A stretch of 64,000 bases of DNA from Eledone cirrhosa (Eukaryota). The notes under the pieces are model-generated. The model did not search any database and was not told where the DNA came from. It was given only the letters and a program-made list of their open reading frames with translations. This document shows positions 13,451 to 27,449 of the stretch, one piece after another. Location of the stretch: assembly GCA_964016885.1 (NCBI GenBank), contig OZ024743.1, forward strand, positions 207,080,001 to 207,144,000. Reading direction: 5' to 3'. Position 1 is the first letter of the stretch, and every line of letters begins with the position of its first letter. Made by a program: the position numbers and the translations under genes.

Positions 13451-16400
13451 CCCACTGGTCAGCTCTGATACTGATTCTTGGTACCATATATACACTGAAG
13501 GGAGCTCATCCCACAGGTCAGCTCTGATACTGATTCTTGGTACCATATATACACTGAAGGGAGCTCATCCCACAGGTCAGCTCTGATACTGATTCTTGGT
13601 ACCATATATACACTGAAGGGAGCTCATCCCACAGGTCAGCTCTGATACTGATTCTTGGTACCATATATACACTGAAGGGAGCTCATCCCACAGGTCAGCT
13701 CCAGGATACTGATCCTTGGTACCATATATACACTGAAGGGAGCTCATCCCACTGGTCTTCTCTGATACTGATTCTTGTTACCATATATACACTGAAGGGA
13801 GCTCATCCCAAAGGTCAGCTCCAGCATACTGATCCTTGGTACCATATATACACTGAAGGGAGCTCATCCCACTGGTCAGCTCCAGCATACTGATCCTTGG
13901 TACCATATATACACTGCAGGGAGCTCATCCCACTGGTCAGCTCCAGCATACTGATCCTTGGTACCAGATAAACACTGAAGGGAGCTCATTCCACTGGTCT
14001 GCTCTGATACTGATCCTTGGTACCATATATACACTGAAGGGAGCTCATCCCACTGGTCAGCTCTGATACTGATCCTTGGTACCATATATACACTGAAGGG
14101 AGCTCATCCCACTGGTCAGCTCTGATACTGATCCTTGTTACCATATATAAACTGAAGGGAGCTCATCCCACTGGTCAGCTCTGATACTGATTCTTGGTAC
14201 CATATATACACTGCTGGGAGCTGATGCCACTGGTCAGCTCCAGCATACTGATCCTTGGTACCATATATACACTGCAGGGAGCTCATCCCACTGGTCAGCT
14301 CTGATACTGATTCTTGGTACCATATATTCACTGAAGGGAGCTCATCCCACGGGTCAGCTCTGGTATTAATCCTTGGTACCATATATGCACTGCAGGGTGC
14401 TCATCCCACTGGTCAGCTCCAGCATACTGATTCTTGGTACCATATATACACTGAAGGGAGCTCATCCCACTGGTCAGCTCCAGCATACTGATCCTTGGTA
14501 CCATATATACACTGCAGGGAGCTCATCCCACTGGTCAGCTCCAGCATACTGATCCTTGGTACCAGATAAACACTGAAGGGAGCTCATTCCACTGGTCTGC
14601 TCTGATACTGATCCTTGGTACCATATATACACTGAAGGGAGCTCATCCCACTGGTCAGCTCTGATACTGATCCTTGGTACCATATATACACTGAAGGGAG
14701 CTCATCCCACTGGTCAGCTCTGATACTGATCCTTGGTACCATATATACACTGCTGGGAGCTCATCCCACTTGTCAGCTCTGATACTGATCCTTGGTACCA
14801 TATATACACTGAAGGGAGCTCATTCCATTGGTCAGCTCTGATACTGATCCTTGGCACCATATATACACTGCTGGGAGCTCATCCCACTGGTCAGCTCTGA
14901 TACTGATCCTTGGTACCATATATACACTGCAGGGAGCTCATCCCACTGGTCAGCTCTGATACTGATTCTTGGCACCATATATACACTGCTGGGAGCTCAT
15001 CCCACTGGTCACCTCTGATACTGATCCTTGGTACCATATATACACTGCAGGGAGCTCATGCCACTGGTCAGCTCTGATACTGATCCTTGGTACCATATAT
15101 ACACTGCAGGGAGCTCATCCCACTGTTCAGCTCTGATACTGATCCTTGGTACCATATATACACTGCTGGGAGCTCATCCCACTGGTCAGCTCTGATACTG
15201 ATCCTTGGTACCATATATACACTGCAGGGAGCTCATTCCACAGGTCAGCTCTGATACTCATCCTTGGTACCATATATACACTGCTGGGAGCTCATCCCAC
15301 TGGTCAGCTCTGATACTGATCCTTGTTACCATATATACACTGCAGGGAGCTCATCCCACTGGTCAGCTCTGATACTGATCCTTGGTACCATATATACACT
15401 GCAGGGAGCTCATCCCACTGGTCAGCTCTGATACTGATCCTTGGTACCATATATACACTGCAGGGAGCTCATCCCACTGGTCAGTTCTGATACTGATCCT
15501 TGGTACCATATATACACTGCTGGGAGCTCATCCCACTGGTCAGCTCTGATACTGATCCTTGGTACCATATATACACTGAAGGGAGCTCATCCCACTGGTC
15601 AGCTCTGATACTCATCCTTGGTACCATATATACACTGAAGGGAGCTCATCCCACTGGTCAGCTCTGATACTCATCCTTGGTACCATATGTACACTACTGG
15701 GAGCTCATCCCACTGGTCAGCTCTGATACTGATCCTTGGTACCATATATACACTACTGGGAGCTCATCCTACTGGTCAGCTCTGATACTGATCCTTGGTA
15801 CCATATATACACTGCTGGGAGCTCATTACACTGGTCAGCTCTGATACTGATCCTTGGTACCATATATACAATGAAGGGAGCTCATCCCAATGGTCATCTC
15901 TGATACTGATCTTTGGTACCATATATACACTGCTGGGAGCTCATCCCACTGGTCAGCTCTGATACTGATCCTTGGTACAATATATACACTGAAAGGAGCT
16001 CATCCCACTGGTCAGCTCTGATAGTGAACCTTGGTACCATATAAACACTGCTGGGAGCTCATCCCACTGGTCAGCTCTGATACTGATTCTTGGTACCATA
16101 TATACACTGCTGGGAGCTCATTCCACTGGTCAGCTCTGATAGTGATCCTTGGTACCATATATACACTGCTGGGAGCTCTTCCACTGGTCAGCTCTGATAC
16201 TGATTCTTGGTACCATATATACACTGAAGGGAGCTCATCCCACTGGTCAGCTCTGATACTGATTCTTGGTACAATATATACACTGCTGGGAGCTCATCCC
16301 ACTGGTCAGCTCTGATACTGATTCTTGGTACCATATATACACTGAAGGGAGCTCATCCCACTGGTCAGCTCTGATACTGATTCTTGGTACCATATATACA

Positions 16401-19400
16401 CTGCAGGGAGCTCATCCCACTGGTCAGCTCCAGCATACTGATCCTTGTTATCATATATACACTGAAGGAAGCTCATCCCAGTGGTCAGCTCCAGCATACT
16501 GATCCTTGGTACCAGATAAACACTGAAGGGATCTCATCCAACTGGTCAGCTCTGATACTGATCCTTGGTACCATATATACACTGAAAAGAGCTCATCCCA
16601 CTGGTCAGCTCTGATACTGATCCTTGGTACATATATACACTACTGGGAGCTCATCCCACTGGTCAACTCTGATACTGATCCTTGGTACCATATATACACT
16701 GCAGGGAGCTCATCCCACTGGTCAACTCTGATACTGATCCTTGGTACCATATATACACTGCAGGGAGCTCATCCCACTGGTCAACTCTGATACTGATCCT
16801 TGGTACCATATATACACTGCAGGGAGCTCATCCCACTGGTCAACTCTGATACTGATCCTTGGTACCATATATACACTACTGGGAGCTCATCCCACTGGTC
16901 AGCTCTGATACTCATCCTTGGTATCATATATACACTGAAGGGAGCTCATCCCACTGGTCAGCTCTGATACTGATCCTTTGTACCATATATACACTACTGG
17001 GAGCTCATCCCACTGGTCAGCTCTGATACTGATCCTTTGTACCATATATACACTACTGGGAGCTCATCCCACTGGTCAGCTCTGATACTGATCCTTGGTA
17101 CCATATATACACTGAAAGGAGTTCATCCCACTGGTCAGCTCTGATACTGATTCTTGGTACCATATATACACTGAAGGGAGCTCATCCCACTGGTCAGCTC
17201 TGATACTGATCCTTTGTACCATATATACACTACTGGGAGCTCATCCCACTGGTCAGCTCTGATACTGATCCTTTGTACCATATATACACTACTGGGAGCT
17301 CATCCCACTGGTCAGCTCTGATACTGATCCTTGGTACCTTATATACACTGAAAGGAGTTCATCCCACTGGTCAGCTCTGATACTGATTCTTGGTACCATA
17401 TATACACTGAAGGGAGCTCATCCCACTTGTCAGCTCTGATACTGATCCTTGGTACCATATATACACTGCAGGGAGCTCATCCCACTGGTCAGCTCCTGCA
17501 TACTGATCCTTGGTACCATATATACACTGAAGGGAGCTCATCCCACTGGTCAGCTCCAGCATACTGATCCTTGGTACCATATATACACTGCAGGGAGCTC
17601 ATCCCACTGGTCAGCTCCAGCATACTGATCCTTGGTACCAGATAAGCACTGAAGGGAGCTCATCCCACTGGTCAGCTCTGATACTGATCCTTGTTACCAT
17701 ATATACACTGAAGGGAGCTCATCCCACTGGTCAGCTCTGATACTGATCCTTGGTACCATATATACACTGCTGGGAGCTCATCCCACTGGTCAGCTCTGAT
17801 ACTGATCCTTGGTACCATATATACACTGAAGGGAGCTCATCCCACTGGTCAGCTCTGATACTGATCCTTGGCACCATATATACACTGTTGGGAGCTCATC
17901 CCACTGGTCAGCTCTGATACTGATCCTTGGCACCATATATACACTGCTGGGAGCTCATCCCACTGGTCACCTCTGATACTGATTCTTGGTACCATATATA
18001 CACTGCTGGGAGCTCATCCCACTGGTCAGCTCTGATACTGATCCTTGGCACCATATATACACTGATGGCAGCTCATCCCACTGGTCAGCTCTGATACTGA
18101 TCCTTGGCACCATATATACACTGCTGGGAGCTCATCCCACTGGTCAGCTCTGATACTGATCCTTGGCACCATATATACACTGCTGGGAGCTCATCCCACT
18201 GGTCAGCTCTGATACTGATCCTTGGCACCATATATACACTGAAGGGAGCTCATCCCACTGGTCAGCTCTGATACTGATCCTTGGTACCATATATACACTG
18301 AAGGGAGCTCATCCCACTGGTCAGCTCTGATACTGATCTTTGGTACCATATATACACTGCTGGGAGCTCATCCCACTGGTCAGCTCTGATACTGATCCTT
18401 GGTACCATATATACACTGCTGGGAGCTCATCCCACTGGTCAGCTCTGATACTGATTCTTGGTACCATATATACACTGCGGGGAGCTCATCCCACTGGTCA
18501 GCTCTGATACTGATCCTTGTTACCATATATACACTGCAGGGAGCTCATCCCACTGGTCAGCTCTGATACTGATCCTTGGTACCATATATACACTGAAGGG
18601 AGCTCATCCCACTGGTCAGCTCTGATACTGATCCTTGGTACCATATATACACTACTGGGAGCTCATCCCACTGGTCAGCTCTGATACTGATCCTTGGTAC
18701 CATATATACACTGCAGGGAGCTCATCCCACTGGTCAGCTCTGATACTGATCCTTGGTACCATATATACACTGCAGGGAGCTCATCCCACTGGTCAGCTCT
18801 GATACTGATCCTTGGTACCATATATACACTGCTGGGAGCTCATCCCACTGGTCAGCTCTGATACTGATCCTTGGTACCATATATACACTGCAGGGAGCTC
18901 ATCCCACTGGTCAGCTCTGATACTGATTCTTGGTACCATATATACACTGAAGGGAGCTCATCCCACTGGTCAGCTCTGATACTGATTCTTGGTACCATAT
19001 ATACACTGAAGGGAGCTCATCCCACTGGTCAGCTCTGATATTAATCCTTGGTACCATATATGCACTGCAGGGAGCTCATCCCACTGGTCAGCTCCAGCAT
19101 ACTGATCCTTGGTACCATATATACACTACTGGGAGCTCATCCCACTGGTCAGCTCTGATACTGATCCTTGGTACCATATATACACTACTGGGTGCTCATC
19201 CCACTGGTCAGCTCTGATACTGATCCTTGGTACCATATATACCCTGAAGGGAGCTCATCCCACTGGTCAGCTCTGATACTCATCCTTGGTACCATATATA
19301 CACTGCTGGGAGCTCATCCCACTGGTGAGCTCTGATACTCATCCTTGGTACCATATGTACACTACTGGGAGCTCATCCCACTGGTCAGCTCTGATACTGA

Positions 19401-20460
19401 TCCTTGGTACCATATATACACTACTGGGAGCTCATCCTACTGGTCAGCTCTGATACTGATCCTTGGTACCATATATACACTGCTGGGAGCTCATCCCACT
19501 GGTCAGCTCTGATACTGATCCTTGGTACCATATATACACTGAAGGGAGCTCATCCCACTGGTCAGCTCTGATACTGATCCTTGGTACCATATATACACTA
19601 CTGGGAGCTCATCCCACTGGTCAGCTCTGATACTGATCCTTGGTACCATATATACACTGCAGGGAGCTCATCCCACTGGTCAGCTCTGATACTCATCCTT
19701 GGTACCATATATACACTGAAGGGAGCTCATCCCACTGGTCAGCTCTGATACTGATCCTTGGCACCATATATACACTGAAGGGACCTCATCCCACTGGTCA
19801 GCTCTGATACTGATCCTTGGCACCATATATACACTGAAGGGAGCTCATCCCAATGGTCATCTCTGATACTGATCTTTGGTACCATATATACACTGCTGGG
19901 AGCTCATCCCACTGGTCAGCTCTGATACTGATCCTTGGTACCATATATACACTGAAAGGAGCTCATCCCACTGGTCAGCTCTGATAGTGAACCTTGGTAC
20001 CATATACACACTGAAGGGAGCTCATCCCACTGGTCAGCTCTGATCCTGATCCTTGGTACCATATATACACTGCTGGGAGCTCATCCCACTGGTCAGCTCT
20101 GATACTGATTCTTGGTACCATATATACACTGCTGGGAGCTCATCCCACTGGTCAGCTCTGATAGTGATCCTTGGTACCATATATACACTGCTGGGAGCCT
20201 ATCCCACTGGTCAGCTACAGCATACTGATCCTTGGTACCATATATACACTGCAGGGAGCTCATCCCACTGGTCAGCTCTGACACTGATTCTTGGTACCAT
20301 ATATACGCTGCAGGGAGCTCATCCCACTGGTCAGCTCTGATACTGATTTTTGGTACCATATATACACTGAAGGGAGCTCATCCCACTGGTCAGCTCTGAT
20401 ACTGATTCTTGGTACCATATATACACTGCAGGGAGCTCATCCCACTGGTCAACTCTGATA

Positions 20461-21060
20461 CTGATTCTTGGTACCATATATACACTGAAGGGAGCTCATC
20501 CCACAGGTCAGCTCTGATACTGATTCTTGATACCATATATACACTGAAGGGAGCTCATCCCACAGGTCAGCTCCAGCATACTGATCCTTGGTACCATATA
20601 TACACTGAAGGGAGCTCATCCCACAGGTCAGCTCTGATACTGATTCTTGGTACCATATATACACTGAAGGGAGCTCATCCCACAGGTCAGCTCCAGCATA
20701 CTGATCCTTGGTACCATATATACACTGAAGGGCGCTCATCCCACAGGTCAGCTGTGATACTGATTCTTGGTACCATATATACACTGAAGGGAGCTCATCC
20801 CACAGGTCAGCTCCAGCATACTGATCCTTGGTACCATATATACACTGAAGGGAGCTCATCCCACAGGTCAGCTCTGATACTGATTCTTGGTACCATATAT
20901 ACACTGAAGGGAGCTCATCCCACAGGTCAGCTCCAGCATACTGATCCTTGGTACCATATATACACTGAAGGGAGCTCATCCCACAGGTCAGCTCTGATAC
21001 TGATTCTTGGTACCATATATACACTGAAGGGAGCTCGTCCCACTGGTCAGCTCCAGCATA
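20461..21060 (+). repeat. 120-bp dimer (59+61) repeated five times
   Basis: Lines starting at 20521, 20641, 20761, 20881 and 21001 are near-identical (TGATTCTTGG...GAAGG...CACAGG...CTCCAGCATA), giving an exact 120-bp period. Confidence 0.92.
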
Positions 21061-24000
21061 CTGATCCTTGGTACCATATATACACTGCAGGGAGCTCATC
21101 CCAGTGGTCAGCTCCAGCATACTGATCCTTGGTACCATATATACACTGCAGGGAGCTTATCCCACTGGTCAGCTCTGAAACTGATCCTTGGTACCATATA
21201 TACACTGAAGGGAGCTCATCCCATTGGTCAGCTCTGATACTGATCCTTGGTACCACATATACACTGCAGGGAGCTCATCCCACTGGTCAGCTCCAGCATA
21301 CTGATCCTTGGTACCATATATACACTGCTGGGAGCTCATCCCACTGGTCAGCTCTGATACTGATCCTTGGTACCATATATACAGTACTGGGAGCTCATCC
21401 CACTGGTCAACTCTGATACTGATCCTTGGTACCATATATACACTGCAGGGAGCTCATCCCACTGGTCAACTCTGATACTGATCCTTGGTACCATATATAC
21501 ACTGCAGGGAGCTCATCCCACTGGTCAACTCTGATACTGATCCTTGGTACCATATATACACTGCAGGGAGCTCATCCCACTGGTCAACTCTGATACTGAT
21601 CCTTGGTACCATATATACACTACTGGGAGCTCATCCCACTGGTCAGCTCTGATACTCATCCCTGGTACCATATATACACTGAAGGGAGCTCATCCCACTG
21701 GTCAGCTCTGATACTCATCCTTGCTACCATATATACACTACTGGGAGCTCATCCCACTGGTCAGCTCTGATACTGATCCTTGGTACCATATATACACTAC
21801 TGGGAGCTCATCCTACTGGTCAGCTCTGATACTGATCCTTGGTACCATATATACACTGCTGGGAGCTCATCCCACTGGTCAGCTCTGATACTGATCCTTG
21901 GTACCATATATACACTACTGGGAGCTCATCCCACTGGTCAGCTCTGATACTGATCCTTGGTACCATATATACACTGCTGGGAGCTCATCCCACTGGTCAG
22001 CTCTGATACTGATCCTTGGTACCATATATACACTACTGGGAGCTCATCCCACTGGTCAGCTCTGATACTGATCCTTGGTACCATATATACACTACTGGGA
22101 GCTCATCCTACTGGTCAGCTCTGATACTGATCCTTGGTACCATATATACACTGCTGGGAGCTCATCCCACTGGTCAGCTCTGATACTGATCCTTGGTACC
22201 ATATATACACTACTGGGAGCTCATCCTACTGGTCAGCTCTGATACTGATCCTTGGTACCATATATACACTGCTGGGAGCTCATCCCACTGGTCAGCTCTG
22301 ATACTGATCCTTGGCACCATATATACACTGAAGGGAGCTCATCCCACTTGTCAGCTCTGATACTGATCCTTGGTACCATATATACACTGCAGGGAGCTCA
22401 TCCCACTGGTCAGCTCCTGCATACTGATCCTTGGTACCATATATACACTGAAGGGAGCTCATCCCACTGGTCAGCTCCAGCATACTGATCCTTGGTACCA
22501 TATATACACTGCAGGGAGCTCATCCCACTGGTCAGCTCCAGCATACTGATCCTTGGTACCAGATAAGCACTGAAGGGAGCTCATCCCACTGGTCAGCTCT
22601 GATACTGATCCTTGTTACCATATATACACTGAAGTGAGCTCATCCCACTGGTCAGCTCTGATACTGATCCTTGGTACCATATATACACTGCTGGGAGCTC
22701 ATCCCACTGGTCAGCTCTGATACTGATCCTTGGTACCATATATACACTGAAGGGAGCTCATCCCACTGGTCAGCTCTGATACTGATCCTTGGCACCATAT
22801 ATACACTGTTGGGAGCTCATCCCACTGGTCAGCTCTGATACTGATCCTTGGCACCATATATACACTGCTGGGAGCTCATCCCACTGGTCACCTCTGATAC
22901 TGATTCTTGGTACCATATATACACTGCTGGGAGCTCATCCCACTGGTCAGCTCTGATACTGATTCTTGGCACCATATATACACTGATGGCAGCTCATCCC
23001 ACTGGTCAGCTCTGATACTGATCCTTGGCACCATATATACACTGCTGGGAGCTCATCCCACTGGTCAGCTCTGATACTGATCCTTGGCACCATATATACA
23101 CTGAAGGGAGCTCATCCCACTGGTCAGCTCTGATACTGATCTTTGGTACCATATATACACTGCTGGGAGCTCATCCCACTGGTCAGCTCTGATACTGATC
23201 CTTGGTACCATATATACATTGCTGGGAGCTCATCCCACTGGTCAGCTCTGATACTGATTCTTGGTACCATATATACACTGCGGGGAGCTCATCCCACTGG
23301 TCAGCTCTGATACTGATCCTTGTTACCATATATACACTGCAGGGAGCTCATCCCACTGGTCAGCTCTGATACTGATCCTTGGTACCATATATACACTGAA
23401 GGGAGCTCATCCCACTGGTCAGCTCTGATACTGATCCTTGGCACCATATATACACTGAAGGGAGCTCATCCCACTGGTCAGCTCCAGCATACTGATCCTT
23501 GGTACCATATATACACTGCAGGGAGCTCATCCCACTGGTCAGCTCCAGCATACTGATCCTTGGTACCAGATAAGCACTGAAGGGAGCTCATCCCACTGGT
23601 CAGCTCTGATACTGATCCTTGTTACCATATATACACTGAAGTGAGCTCATCCCACTGGTCAGCTCTGATACTGATCCTTGGTACCATATATACACTGCTG
23701 GGAGCTCATCCCACTGGTCAGCTCTGATACTGATCCTTGGTACCATATATACACTGAAGGGAGCTCATCCCACTGGTCAGCTCTGATACTGATCCTTGGC
23801 ACCATATATACACTGTTGGGAGCTCATCCCACTGGTCAGCTCTGATACTGATCCTTGGCACCATATATACACTGCTGGGAGCTCATCCCACTGGTCACCT
23901 CTGATACTGATTCTTGGTACCATATATACACTGCTGGGAGCTCATCCCACTGGTCAGCTCTGATACTGATCCTTGGCACCATATATACACTGATGGCAGC

Positions 24001-26640
24001 TCATCCCACTGGTCAGCTCTGATACTGATCCTTGGCACCATATATACACTGCTGGGAGCTCATCCCACTGGTCAGCTCTGATACTGATCCTTGGCACCAT
24101 ATATACACTGAAGGGAGCTCATCCCACTGGTCAGCTCTGATACTGATCTTTGGTACCATATATACACTGCTGGGAGCTCATCCCACTGGTCAGCTCTGAT
24201 ACTGATCCTTGGTACCATATATACATTGCTGGGAGCTCATCCCACTGGTCAGCTCTGATACTGATTCTTGGTACCATATATACACTGCGGGGAGCTCATC
24301 CCACTGGTCAGCTCTGATACTGATCCTTGTTACCATATATACACTGCAGGGAGCTCATCCCACTGGTCAGCTCTGATACTGATCCTTGGTACCATATATA
24401 CACTGAAGGGAGCTCATCCCACTGGTCAGCTCTGATACTGATCCTTGGTACCATATATACACTACTGGGAGCTCATCCCACTGGTCAGCTCTGATACTGA
24501 TCCTTGGTACCATATATACACTGCAGGGAGCTCATCCCACTGGCCAGCTCTGATACTGATCCTTGGTACCATATATACACTGCTGGGAGCTCATCCCACT
24601 GGTCAGCTCTGATAGTGATCCTTGGTACCATATATACACTGCTGGGAGCTCATCCCACTGGTCAGCTCTGATACTGATCCTTGTTACCATATATACACTG
24701 TAGGGAGCTCATCCCACTGGTCAGCTCTGATACTGATCCTTGGTACCATATATACACTGAAGGGAGCTCATCCCACTGGTCAGCTCTGATACTGATCCTT
24801 GGTACCATATATACACTACTGGGAGCTCATCCCACTGGTCAGCTCTGATACTGATCCTTGGTACCATATATACACTGCAGGGAGCTCATCCCACTGGTCA
24901 GCTCTGATACTGATCCTTGGTACCATATATACACTGCAGGGAGCTCATCCCACTGGTCAGCTCTGATACTGATCCTTGGTACCATATATACACTGCTGGG
25001 AGCTCATCCCACTGGTCAGCTCTGATACTGATCCTTGGTACCATATATACACTGCAGGGAGCTCATCCCACTGGTCAGCTCTGATACTGATTCTTGGTAC
25101 CATATATACACTGAAGGGAGCTCATCCCACTGGTCAGCTCTGATACTGATTCTTGGTACCATATATACACTGAAGGGAGCTCATCCCACTGGTCAGCTCT
25201 GATATTAATCCTTGGTACCATATATGCACTGCAGGGAGCTCATCCCACTGGTCAGCTCCAGCATACTGATCCTTGGTACCATATATACACTACTGGGAGC
25301 TCATCCCACTGGTCAGCTCTGATACTGATCCTTGGTACCATATATACACTACTGGGTGCTCATCCCACTGGTCAGCTCTGATACTGATCCTTGGTACCAT
25401 ATATACACTGAAGGGAGCTCATCCCACTGGTCAGCTCTGATACTCATCCTTGGTACCATATATACACTGAAGGGAGCTCATCCCACTGGTGAGCTCTGAT
25501 ACTCATCCTTGGTACCATATGTACACTACTGGGAGCTCATCCCACTGGTCAGCTCTGATACTGATCCTTGGTACCATATATACACTACTGGGAGCTCATC
25601 CTACTGGTACGCTCTGATACTGATCCTTGGTACCATATATACACTGCTGGGAGCTCATCCCACTGGTCAGCTCTGATACTGATCCTTGGTACCATATATA
25701 CACTGAAGGGAGCTCATCCCACTGGTCAGCTCTGATACTGATCCTTGGTACCATATATACACTACTGGGAGCTCATCCCACTGGTCAGCTCTGATACTGA
25801 TCCTTGGTACCATATATACACTGCAGGGAGCTCATCCCACTGGTCAGCTCTGATACTCATCCTTGGTACCATATATACACTGAAGGGAGCTCATCCCACT
25901 GGTCAGCTCTGATACTGATCCTTGGCACCATATATACACTGAAGGGACCTCATCCCACTGGTCAGCTCTGATACTGATCCTTGGCACCATATATACACTG
26001 AAGGGAGCTCATCCCAATGGTCATCTCTGATACTGATCTTTGGTACCATATATACACTGCTGGGAGCTCATCCCACTGGTCAGCTCTGATACTGATCCTT
26101 GGTACCATATATACACTGAAAGGAGCTCATCCCACTGGTCAGCTCTGATAGTGAACCTTGGTACCATATACACACTGAAGGGAGCTCATCCCACTGGTCA
26201 GCTCTCATCCTGATCCTTGGTACCATATATACACTGCTGGGAGCTCATCCCACTGGTCAGCTCTGATACTGATTCTTGGTACCATATATACACTGCTGGG
26301 AGCTCATCCCACTGGTCAGCTCTGATAGTGATCCTTGGTACCATATATACACTGCTGGGAGCCTATCCCACTGGTCAGCTACAGCATACTGATCCTTGGT
26401 ACCATATATACACTGCAGGGAGCTCATCCCACTGGTCAGCTCTGACACTGATACTTGGTACCATATATACGCTGCAGGGAGCTCATCCCTCTGGTCAGCT
26501 CTGATACTGATTTTTGGTACCATATATACACTGAAGGGAGCTCATCCCACTGGTCAGCTCTGATACTGATTCTTGGTACCATATATACACTGCAGGGAGC
26601 TCATCCCACTGGTCAACTCTGATACTGATTCTTGGTACCA

Positions 26641-27240
26641 TATATACACTGTAGGGAGCTCATCCCACAGGTCAGCTCTGATACTGATTCTTGGTACCAT
26701 ATATACACTGAAGGGAGCTCATCCCACAGGTCAGCTCCAGCATACTGATCCTTGGTACCATATATACACTGAAGGGAGCTCATCCCACAGGTCAGCTCTG
26801 ATGCTGATTCTTGGTACCATATATACACTGAAGGGAGCTCATCCCACAGGTCAGCTCCAGCATACTGATCCTTGGTACCATATATACACTGAAGGGAGCT
26901 CATCCCACAGGTCAGCTGTGATACTGATTCTTGGTACCATATATACACTGAAGGGAGCTCATCCCACAGGTCAGCTCCAGCATACTGATCCTTGGTAACA
27001 TATATACACTGAAGGGAGCTCATCCCACAGGTCAGCTCTGATACTGATTCTTGGTACCATATATACACTGAAGGGAGCTCATCCCACAGGTCAGCTCCAG
27101 CATACTGATCCTTGGTACCATATATACACTGAAGGGAGCTCATCCCACAGGTCAGCTCTGATACTGATTCTTGGTACCATATATACACTGAAGGGAGCTC
27201 ATCCCACTGGTCAGCTCCAGCATACTGATCCTTGGTACCA
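26641..27240 (+). repeat. Second copy of the 120-bp dimer block
   Basis: Same 59/61 alternation with CACAGG and TGATTC alleles. It shares the private GCTGTGATAC variant with the 20.5-kb block (about 20751 and 26915). Confidence 0.9.
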
Positions 27241-27449
27241 TATATACTACTGCAGGGAGCTCATCCCAGTGGTCAGCTCCAGCATACTGATCCTTGGTAC
27301 CATATATACACTGCAGAGAGCTCATCCCACTGGTCAGCTCTGAAACTGATCCTTGGTACCATATATACACTGAAGGGAGCTCATCCCATTGGTCAGCTCT
27401 GATACTGATCCTTGGTACCACATATACACTGCAGGGAGCTCATCCCACT

